Origin: Mycobacteriales bacterium
Lineage (GTDB): Bacteria; Actinomycetota; Actinomycetes; Mycobacteriales; QHCD01
Assembly: GCA_040414495.1 (NCBI GenBank)
Contig: JBEDUI010000239.1
Location: 11,501-75,500, forward strand
Length of the DNA stretch: 64,000 bases
Direction of reading: 5' to 3'
Below, piece by piece: positions 35,335 through 42,195 of the stretch; position 1 is the stretch's first letter, and the number at the start of each line of letters is the position of its first letter. The notes under the pieces were generated by a model. The model saw only the letters and a program-made list of their open reading frames with translations, was not told where the DNA came from and did no database searches. The position numbers were made by a program, and so were the translations under genes.

Positions 35335-36288
35335 CTACATGTCGTGCTCCCAGCTGCCGCGCGTGTCGACGTCCGCAGCATCCGCCAGCGCTTCCAGCTC
35401 CGCGATCTCTTCGTCGGCAAGCTCGATGCTGTGCGCTTTGACCAACCCGGCGATGTGACTCGCCTTCGTGACCCCGATGATCGGGGTGGTCCCCTTGGCG
35501 ATGGCCCAGGCGGTGGCGACGTCGGCGGCGGACGCGCCTCGGTCCTCGCCGATCGCCCCCATCCGGTCCGTCAGCGCCTGCAGCTGGGGCAGGATCCCGT
35601 TGTAGACGGCCGCCCGGCTGCTGCCCTCTGGCAACGGATGGGCCGGGTGGTAGCGGCCGGTCAGCGCCCCTTGCTCGAGGACCATGTACGAAAAGAACCG
35701 CACGTCGTGCTCGCGGCAGTGATCGAGAATGCCGGCCCGCTCAGAGCTCCGGTACAGCAGGCTGTAGTGGTTCTGGACCGCCTCCACCCGGAAGCCGGCC
35801 GCACCAAGGATCTGATCGGCTAGAGCGATCTCCCTCATGTTGTGGTTCGAGACGCCGACATGCTTGATCCTGCCGCTCTGCAGCAGCGGAATCAGCAGCG
35901 GTGTCCAACGGGCCACGTCGGCCGGGTTGTGGATCCAGTACAGATCCACATAGTCCGTACCCAGTCGGTTCAGGCTCTGCTCCAGCATGTCCGCGACCGG
36001 ATCGCCTCCGCCGCCCGCGATCTGCGGGGTGAACTTCGTCGACAGCTGGTAGTCGCTGCGGGCGTAGCCCTTCAGCGCCTGAGCGAGGACCGTCTCCGAG
36101 CGGCCCATGCCGTACACCATCGCGGTGTCCCACAGCGTCAACCCGTTCGATTGCGCCTTCTCGACGACCTCTCGCAAGCCGGACGCGGTCAGCTGACTAC
36201 CGAAATAGCCGTCGCCCACCTCTCCGCTGTCTCCCCAGGCCCACGTACCCAGCGCCACCGCCGGCGCCGTCAGCGTCGTGCTCGTCAT
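35335..36288 (-). CDS. Aldo/keto reductase
   Basis: LGTWAWG, DTAMVYG, YVDLYWIHNP, GVSNH motifs. The ATG at 36288 is preceded by ggaggtagggg. Confidence 0.88.
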   Translation of the reverse strand: MTSTTLTAPAVALGTWAWGDSGEVGDGYFGSQLTASGLREVVEKAQSNGLTLWDTAMVYGMGRSETVLAQALKGYARSDYQLSTKFTPQIAGGGGDPVADMLEQSLNRLGTDYVDLYWIHNPADVARWTPLLIPLLQSGRIKHVGVSNHNMREIALADQILGAAGFRVEAVQNHYSLLYRSSERAGILDHCREHDVRFFSYMVLEQGALTGRYHPAHPLPEGSSRAAVYNGILPQLQALTDRMGAIGEDRGASAADVATAWAIAKGTTPIIGVTKASHIAGLVKAHSIELADEEIAELEALADAADVDTRGSWEHDM

Positions 36289-36485
36289 GTCCCCTACCTC
36301 CATTGCTTGTTCTTCGGCCGTGGCGCCCTGTGCTGAACGCCCCGACCGCCAGCGCCGTCAGGAAACGCGCCCCCAACAACTCGATCCTCACCGAATCGCG
36401 ATCGCCGCCACCGGAGAAGGTCGCATTTATAGGGCGTACGAGCTCAACCCCCTTCGCAGCGTGACCAGCGGCTACCGTGACTGGC

Positions 36486-36644
36486 ATGGACCAGCAGCCC
36501 GGAAACCGGGGCGAAATCCGGGACTTCCGCGCCAGCCGGCGCTCCGAAATCACCCTGGCGCAGGTCGGGCTGCCGACCAGCACCCGTCGCCGGGTCCCCG
36601 GGCTGCGGCGCGAGGAGGACAAGAGATCCTGCCCAACGGCCTAA
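36486..36644 (+). pseudogene. Truncated remnant of an MmyB-like XRE-family HTH regulator (N-terminal 45 residues or so only)
   Basis: The translation MDQQPGNRGEIRDFRASRRSEITLAQVGLPTSTRRRVPGLRREED matches the conserved start of this family (...RRRVPGLRREEVA...). The reading then diverges and stops after 7 more codons. A family B palindromic element follows at 36691. Confidence 0.5.
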
Positions 36645-36690
36645 CCGTCGGCATCGCTCTCCACGGGACAGGCTTTCTCTGCCCTTCGAC

Positions 36691-36746
36691 CATGATCGTG
36701 AGTGGATTTAGTACCGAAAACGGCGCCAAATCTACTCATGATCATG
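36691..36746. repeat. Palindromic element, family B, copy 1
   Basis: catgatcgtgagtggattt (36691-36709) pairs with aaatctactcatgatcatg (36728-36746), 17 of 19 bp. Related copies lie at 56735-56795 and 57091-57148. Confidence 0.8.
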
Positions 36747-36838
36747 AAAACGGGGCGGCCGCGACGCGGCGCAGAGTCACAGGCGATGCGGGGGGTTTGG
36801 CTTCGTGAAGCGAGGGTTGGGTCTCACGGGAAGCCCAG

Positions 36839-37822
36839 TCAGGGCAGGAGTTCGGCGCAGGCGGCAATCCGGTCCCGCCACCAGACCGCACGGTCCGGCG
36901 GCGCCGCCAACTCGGCCAGCAACGCCGGGTCCGGGTCGGGGCGACGTACCAGGCTGAACCCATCGACCGGCCGCAGCGGATCGTCCGTCACATCCCGGGT
37001 CATCAGGCTCAACGTGCCCAACCCGCAGGCGTGATCCAACTCCGGCAGCGCGGCGGCGAGCGCCAACCCCGCGGCCAACCCGACCGACGTATCCACCGCT
37101 GAGGAGACCACGCACGGCAGCCCGCACGCTTCGGCGACCGCGAGCGCCGCGGCCACCCCACCCAACGGCGCGACCTTGAGCACCGCGATGTCGGCGGCCC
37201 CGGCGACCGCGACCCGCAGCGGGTCCTCGGCCTTGCGGATCGACTCGTCCGCCGCGACCGGTACGTCGACCCGCCGCCGCAACGCGGCCAACTCCGCCAA
37301 GGTGGCGCACGGCTGCTCGACGTACTCCAACCCGTGGGCGGCCCGATCCAACGCGGCGACCGCACTCACCGCCTCCGGGACCGACCACCCACCGTTGGCG
37401 TCGACCCGGATCCGGGCGGACCGCCGCCCGGTCGCGTCCAAGGTGGACCGAACCGCCTCGATCCGGGCTATGTCGTCAGCCAACCGCTGCCCGACCTCGG
37501 CCACCTTGACCTTTACCGTCTGGGCGGCGGATTCGGCGACCAGCTGGCTGGCTTGCTCGGGGTCGCAGGCCGGTACGGTCGCGTTGACCGGAACCTTCGT
37601 CCGGACCGCGGCCGGCCACCGGGCCGTGCACGCCTCCCGCGCGGCAGCCAACCAGAGGGCTGCCTCGGGCGGTTCGTACTCCACGAACGGCGCGAACTCA
37701 CCCCACCCGGCCGGGCCGTGCAGCAGCGCCGCTTCTCGTACCGTGATTCCCCGAAATCGGGTCCGCATCGGAATTGACACCACATGAATGTCTACTGTGG
37801 ACAACCAATGCCCGGTGACCAT
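36839..37822 (-). CDS. menC: o-Succinylbenzoate synthase
   Basis: VVSIPMRTRFRGITVREAALLHGPAGWGEFAPFVEY is a typical actinobacterial MenC N-terminus. The ATG at 37822 is preceded by gagggg. The ORF-track upstream extension is Arg-rich. Confidence 0.9.
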   Translation of the reverse strand: MVTGHWLSTVDIHVVSIPMRTRFRGITVREAALLHGPAGWGEFAPFVEYEPPEAALWLAAAREACTARWPAAVRTKVPVNATVPACDPEQASQLVAESAAQTVKVKVAEVGQRLADDIARIEAVRSTLDATGRRSARIRVDANGGWSVPEAVSAVAALDRAAHGLEYVEQPCATLAELAALRRRVDVPVAADESIRKAEDPLRVAVAGAADIAVLKVAPLGGVAAALAVAEACGLPCVVSSAVDTSVGLAAGLALAAALPELDHACGLGTLSLMTRDVTDDPLRPVDGFSLVRRPDPDPALLAELAAPPDRAVWWRDRIAACAELLP

Positions 37823-37866
37823 GCTCACCCCTCGTACGAATCCCCGCTCGTTACAGTAATGACGAC

Positions 37867-39006
37867 ATGTCGACGCGCCAGTTGCGGGCCATAAACGCGC
37901 CCCTGAATCCGGATTCCATCGCCGCATTTCGACTAGCCGTACAGGCGGCGCTGAACGGCGGCGACGCGCTACTACCGGTGGGCCGGCCGACCGACGCGGC
38001 CGCATTCGAGCCCGACCTCGGCGTACCCGACGACACCGCCGTGGTGATCGGCACCTCCGGCTCCACCGGCGTACCAAAAGGCGTGCTTCTCTCCGCCGCC
38101 GCACTGCGCGCCTCGGCCACCGCGACCATGGACCGACTGGGTGGGCCGGGCCATTGGCTATTGGCATTGCCGGTTCACCACATCGCCGGCCTGCAGGTCG
38201 TGGTCCGCGGCCTCGTCGCGAATACCGAAGTGTCCACTGTGGATTCTTCGAATGGCTTTACGCCGCAGGCATTTCTGGCTGCGGTACGGAAATTGCCGGC
38301 CGGTCGGCGGTACGGCGCACTGGTGCCGACCCAGCTCGGCCGACTCCTGGATGCAGGCGGACCGGCGCTCGATGCGGCGGCCTCGTTCGCAGCCCTGATC
38401 ATCGGTGGCGCGGCCAGTTCGGCGACGCTGTTGACGCGGGCGCGCGCGGCCGGGCTGAACCCGATCACGACGTACGGGATGTCCGAGACCTGCGGCGGAT
38501 GTGTGTACGACGGCCGCCCGCTGGCCGGTGTCCGGGTCGATGTCGGCCCGGACGGGGCGGTCCGGCTCGGCGGTCCGACCTTGGCGAACGGTTATCTACG
38601 CAGGCCCGACCTGAGTGCGGCGGCCTTCGCCGACGGCTGGTTCCACACCCGCGATGTCGGGCGGTGGCTGCCAGACGGGCAATTGGAGGTGCTGGGCCGC
38701 TCGGATGACGTGGTGAACAGCGGTGGCGAGAAGATCCCGCCGATCCTGGTCGAACGCGCGCTGCTGGCCGACCCCAAAGTGCTCGCCGCGTGCGTACTCG
38801 GCATCCCGGATCCGGAATGGGGTCAAGTGGTTGCGGCCGCGGTGGTCAGCCGGGAAAACGTCGACCTGGATGGGTTACGAGCGACGGTCCGAGAAGCGGC
38901 CGGGCGGCACGCGGTACCCAAACGACTGATCGTGCTGGACGCGCTGCCGATGTTGGAGTCCGGAAAGGTGGATCGGACCGCGGTCCGCAAACTGTTGACG
39001 CCTTAG
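37867..39006 (+). CDS. menE: o-Succinylbenzoate-CoA ligase
   Basis: AMP-binding motifs IGTSGSTGVPKGV, YGMSETCGG, SGGEKIPP. Divergent from menC with a 44-nt spacer. Confidence 0.9.
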   Translation: MSTRQLRAINAPLNPDSIAAFRLAVQAALNGGDALLPVGRPTDAAAFEPDLGVPDDTAVVIGTSGSTGVPKGVLLSAAALRASATATMDRLGGPGHWLLALPVHHIAGLQVVVRGLVANTEVSTVDSSNGFTPQAFLAAVRKLPAGRRYGALVPTQLGRLLDAGGPALDAAASFAALIIGGAASSATLLTRARAAGLNPITTYGMSETCGGCVYDGRPLAGVRVDVGPDGAVRLGGPTLANGYLRRPDLSAAAFADGWFHTRDVGRWLPDGQLEVLGRSDDVVNSGGEKIPPILVERALLADPKVLAACVLGIPDPEWGQVVAAAVVSRENVDLDGLRATVREAAGRHAVPKRLIVLDALPMLESGKVDRTAVRKLLTP

Positions 39007-39263
39007 CGCTGCTCGTCAGAATCGTCGCCGCGCAACGCCGCCCGCAAATCGCGGCGGCTGGCGCGCTTGCGATCCAGCCGGCGTTCGATGTCACCAGCCA
39101 GCGACTGCCGCGGCCGCTTCAGCAGCAGCACCGAGACGGGCACGCTCAGCAGGAGCGCCGCCAGCAGTAGATAAAACGATCGCAGCCCGACCAGATAGAG
39201 CAGGCCGGCGAGCACGGCAAAGATGGCCAACCGGCCGATCAGATAGACAGACAAGGACCGCAC
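39003..39263 (-). CDS. Small two-TM membrane protein (DUF4229-like)
   Basis: 86 aa. Two hydrophobic helices (LIGRLAIFAVLAGLLYLVGL, FYLLLAALLLSVPVSVLLL) followed by a basic tail. Its stop overlaps the menE stop region. Confidence 0.7.
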   Translation of the reverse strand: MRSLSVYLIGRLAIFAVLAGLLYLVGLRSFYLLLAALLLSVPVSVLLLKRPRQSLAGDIERRLDRKRASRRDLRAALRGDDSDEQR

Positions 39264-39636
39264 AGCGCCTCACCAGTCCGGGATAGGAACGCGCTCAACG
39301 GTACGTCACGGGTCGACCGGCCGACGACACCGCATCGCCTATGATCGGCCGTAATCTGCCCAGACAGCGCCACATCAGCGGTACTCTGCTGCTGTCTGCC
39401 GAAACCGGCGCAGCGCTCTCAACGCCGCTGCCCTTCCGGGCATGATCATGGCCCGAAAGGCTGCCCTCTCGCCCACTGACAGTGCGTTATCGTCGCCCTA
39501 CTTTGGGTGGGTGCGGGGACAAGAGGCGCCACTGGCGCCGCCGATACGCGGAGTACGGCGTTACCTGTCTGTCGGTCATCGGGCACACTGGGCCTCGATG
39601 TGGCCTAAAGCCGAGCCGACAGCGGGAGGTGACGGC

Positions 39637-40242
39637 GTGCACGGGCCCGACTCGGATGCACCCGGTGAGCTCGTACGTCGTGCTGCCGCCGGTGATCAAC
39701 GAGCCTGGGACCAGCTCGTCGCCCGGTACAACGACTTGTTGTGGTCGGTCGCGCGTGGATATCGGCTGAGCACCGCCGACGCCGCCGACGCGATCCAGAC
39801 CAGCTGGCTACGGCTGCTGGAGAACCTCGACCGCATCAGCGACCCGGACCGGGTCGCCGCCTGGCTGGCTACAACAACCCGCCGCGAATGCCTCAAGGTC
39901 CTGCAGCGCGGCAGCCGGGAGCGTCCGCATCCGGCCGGGCACGCCACCTTGGACGGCATCGACGGCAGCGGACCGGTCGACGACCGGCTGCTGTTGGCCG
40001 AGCGCGACGCCGAGTTGTGGGAAGCGTTCACCGGCATGTCGGACCGCTGCCAGTGCCTGCTGCGGGTGCTGATGACATCGCCGCCGCCGTCGTACGAGGC
40101 CGTCGCCGCCGCGTTGGAGATGCCGATCGGCAGCATCGGGCCGACCCGGGCGCGATGCCTGGCCCGGTTGCGGACGTTGCTGGAGAAGCAGGGCGGGCTG
40201 TTCGACACCGAACCGCTCCGGCAGCGGGAGGGCCGCTCATGA
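39637..40242 (+). CDS. ECF-type sigma-70 family RNA polymerase sigma factor
   Basis: Region 2 (DQLVARYNDLLWSVARGYRL...DAIQTSWLRLL) and region 4 (CQCLLRVL...SYEAVAAALEMPIGSIGPTRARCLARLR). The GTG at 39637 is preceded by gggagg. Alternative in-frame starts lie upstream (39599). Confidence 0.85.
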   Translation: MHGPDSDAPGELVRRAAAGDQRAWDQLVARYNDLLWSVARGYRLSTADAADAIQTSWLRLLENLDRISDPDRVAAWLATTTRRECLKVLQRGSRERPHPAGHATLDGIDGSGPVDDRLLLAERDAELWEAFTGMSDRCQCLLRVLMTSPPPSYEAVAAALEMPIGSIGPTRARCLARLRTLLEKQGGLFDTEPLRQREGRS

Positions 40243-40700
40243 CCGACATGTTTGGTACCGACGACGAGTTCTTGGCCCGGCTGGGAACGGTGGCCGCCGT
40301 GGCTGACCCGATGCCCGAGAGCCTGACCAGCGCCGCCCAGGCCCTGTTCGGGTTGCGGCAGCTGGACGCCGAACTGGCCGAACTCGTATTGGACTCGGCC
40401 GACCTGCCGCAGACCCGCGAGCTGGCCGTACGGGGTGACGAGGAGCGGATGCTCTCGTTCGAAACCGGCCGGGCCGGCGTAGAGATGCAGATCAGCGAAC
40501 GCTCCGATCGTCGCGACATCGTCTGTCACGTCACCGGAGTACCGCTGGACGCAGCGATCCTCGAAACGCCCAAGGGTCAGCAACCGCTGCGGGTCGACGA
40601 CGACGTGCTGATTGCCCGCGACCTATCGGCGGGGCCGCTGCGGCTGCGGCTCACCACCACTGGCGGGGACAAGATCGTCACCAGCTGGGTCCGTATCTAA
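40239..40700 (+). CDS. Hypothetical soluble protein translationally coupled to the ECF sigma gene
   Basis: ATGA start/stop overlap with the sigma gene and strong G+C third-position bias. 153 aa with no TM segment and no HxxxCxxC zinc anti-sigma motif visible. Confidence 0.75.
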   Translation: MTDMFGTDDEFLARLGTVAAVADPMPESLTSAAQALFGLRQLDAELAELVLDSADLPQTRELAVRGDEERMLSFETGRAGVEMQISERSDRRDIVCHVTGVPLDAAILETPKGQQPLRVDDDVLIARDLSAGPLRLRLTTTGGDKIVTSWVRI

Positions 40701-40714
40701 CCCGCGGCTTCCGC

Positions 40715-40890
40715 AGGCGCGAACCTCAGGCAATCCGCGTAACGAACCTCGGGCAGGCCCGTACCTAACGAACCTCGGGCAACCTCCGGGTACGCAACAC
40801 ACCTCGGGCAACCTCCCGCCGCGCGACGAACCTCGGGCAACCCCCGTACCTAACGGACCTCGGGCAACGTCCCGCCGCGCGACGAACCAG
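40715..40890. repeat. Degenerate tandem repeat of about 27 nt (GAACCTCGGGCAAC core, 6 copies)
   Basis: Cores at about 40721, 40744, 40771, 40798, 40828 and 40855. The intervening segments are also mutually similar (cccgtacctaac x2, ctcccgccgcgcgac x2). Confidence 0.75.
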
Positions 40891-40892
40891 CG

Positions 40893-41013
40893 CCAGATCC
40901 CCAACTGCGGCGAGCGTGACACCAGGGTCGCCGAAAGCATGATCAACCCGCCCTGACGTCACGCTCGCTGCACCGCGGCCGGACCGACCCGCCCTGACGT
41001 CACGCTCGGTGCA
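40893..41013. repeat. Direct repeat of about 121 nt, copy 1; contains one 67-nt family A palindromic unit (40906-40972) plus an extra right arm
   Basis: tgcggcgagcgtgacaccagggtcg ... cgccctgacgtcacgctcgctgca. Nearly identical to 41130-41250. Confidence 0.85.
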
Positions 41014-41129
41014 GCGTGTGCGCCAATGTAGGTGCCGGCGCAGACAGCCGCCACGCAAACCCAGGCAGACTGAGCCACGCAAACGCGCCAATTCCCAACC
41101 GCTCTTCGAGCACGAGCTCTGCGAACCGG

Positions 41130-41250
41130 CCAGATCCCCAACTGCGGCGAGCGTGACACCAGGGTCGCCGAAAGCATGATCAACCCGCCCTGACGTCACG
41201 CTCGCTGCACCGCGGCCGGACCGACCCGCCCTGACGTCACGCTCGGTGCA
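41130..41250. repeat. Direct repeat of about 121 nt, copy 2 (family A unit plus extra arm)
   Basis: Same sequence as 40893-41013, read base by base: cagatccccaactgcggcgagcgtgacaccagggtcgccgaaagcatgatcaacccgccctgacgtcacgctcgctgcaccgcggccggaccgacccgccctgacgtcacgctcggtgca. Confidence 0.85.
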
Positions 41251-41282
41251 ATGTGTGCCGGCGCGGACGACTGCCGGATAGC

Positions 41283-41317
41283 AAAAAGCGGCGGTGGCCG
41301 GGTCAGGCCACCGCCGC
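41283..41317 (-). terminator. Intrinsic terminator of the LuxR / micro-ORF transcript
   Basis: Perfect 12-bp stem gcggcggtggcc / ggccaccgccgc (41288-41299 / 41306-41317) with a 6-nt loop. On the minus strand it is followed by ttttt (41283-41287). Confidence 0.7.
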
Positions 41318-41330
41318 GCAGTGCGCTGGG

Positions 41331-41489
41331 TCAGCGCTTGTTGTCGGTGCTGTCTTCGTCGCGTTCCCACTCGATCGCCTGCTCGACCTCTACGGTCGCG
41401 CTCTGGCTGGTCGTCGTCGTGGGATCCGGGGTCGGATCCGTGGTCGGCTGGGTCGGGTCCGGCTCGTCGGTCGGGTGATTCTTCGGCAT
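41331..41489 (-). CDS. 52-aa acidic Pro/Thr/Asp-rich micro-protein (not in the ORF track)
   Basis: The ATG at 41489 immediately follows the LuxR stop codon (41490-41492). Translation: MPKNHPTDEPDPTQPTTDPTPDPTTTTSQSATVEVEQAIEWERDEDSTDNKR. High G+C in third positions, and an intrinsic terminator lies just downstream. Confidence 0.5.
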   Translation of the reverse strand: MPKNHPTDEPDPTQPTTDPTPDPTTTTSQSATVEVEQAIEWERDEDSTDNKR

Positions 41490-42119
41490 TCAGATCAGTC
41501 CTTCTCGTACGGCGAATGCTACTGCGTGTGATCGGTTACGAAGGTGGAATCTCAGTGCAAGGTCGTGTAAAGCATTCTTAATCGTGCGTTCTGAATATGT
41601 GAGCTGGTTGGCGATTTCGGCTGTGCTGTAGCCCTCAGCGACCAATCTGAGGACCGTTAGCTCACGCTCTGTGAACCCTCCAAACGTGAGCCGCCCCGCG
41701 GTCGGCTCACCCGGACGGCCCCGGTCGAGCAGCCGTCCCAGCACGTCGGCCGGCAGAACGCCCTCGCCCTCGGCCACCCGCCGTACTGCTTGTACCAATC
41801 GCTCCGAGGTGGCTTCGGCGCGCCGTAGCAGTGCCCCGGTTCCGGCCTCCACGGCGGCAAGTACGGCCCGGCCATCGACCGACTCCACGACCAGCACTAC
41901 TTTCGGCTCGCCGCAACGGCGTACGTCGGTCAACGTCTCGCTCGTATGCTCGTCTAACGCATCCGCCACAACCACCGCCACATCGACCTCTGCGCCGGGC
42001 CGGGCCGAGGAATCAGTGGAGAGGACGACGAGATCGTGTGCTGCCGCCAGCGACGCCACCGTGCCGGCGTGCAGGATCGGGTCGCTCGCGTGCACCGCGA
42101 CGCGTATCGCCGTTGTCAT
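41490..42119 (-). CDS. LuxR/NarL-family response-regulator-like transcription factor (REC-like plus GerE HTH)
   Basis: C-terminal FTERELTVLRLVAEGYSTAEIANQLTYSERTIKNALHDL is a LuxR-type HTH. The N-terminal REC-like fold has a partly degenerate acidic pocket (HASD where DD is usual; ALLRR where a conserved K is usual). The ATG at 42119 is preceded by gggaggag. Confidence 0.85.
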   Translation of the reverse strand: MTTAIRVAVHASDPILHAGTVASLAAAHDLVVLSTDSSARPGAEVDVAVVVADALDEHTSETLTDVRRCGEPKVVLVVESVDGRAVLAAVEAGTGALLRRAEATSERLVQAVRRVAEGEGVLPADVLGRLLDRGRPGEPTAGRLTFGGFTERELTVLRLVAEGYSTAEIANQLTYSERTIKNALHDLALRFHLRNRSHAVAFAVREGLI

Positions 42120-42145
42120 TCGCTCCTCCCTTTTGTCCCTGCCAC

Positions 42146-42195
42146 GCTGTTCAGAGCGGCCGGCCCGGATGCCTGATACATCCGGCCTGAACAGC
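42146..42195. promoter_or_regulatory. Nested inverted repeats in the 49-nt LuxR / CHAT divergent spacer, spanning the CHAT ATG
   Basis: Outer arms gctgttcag (42146-42154) / ctgaacagc (42187-42195). Inner arms ccggatg (42065+100: 42165-42171) / catccgg (42179-42185). The ATG at 42169-42171 lies in the inner arm. Confidence 0.45.

Noticed and set aside
36278-36808. 176-aa ORF (+) and 141-aa ORF (-, 36197-36622) in the AKR-menC spacer.
   Set aside because: Composition is poor and there are no motifs. The only recognisable coding signal in this spacer is the short MmyB-like stub in a different frame. The ORFs also cross a family B hairpin.
39283-39310. ECF-like promoter GGAAC ... CGTC upstream of the sigma gene.
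   Set aside because: The spacer between the elements is about 13 nt, shorter than the usual 16-17 nt. It lies about 350 nt from the start codon and is a single low-information match, so it cannot be supported without transcript-start data.
40715-41250. Possible CRISPR array (regularly spaced short repeats).
   Set aside because: The cores are only about 14 nt, the spacers are about 13 nt and are themselves repeated, the larger units are 121-nt direct repeats containing palindromes, and no cas genes are present. This is a tandem/REP-like tract.
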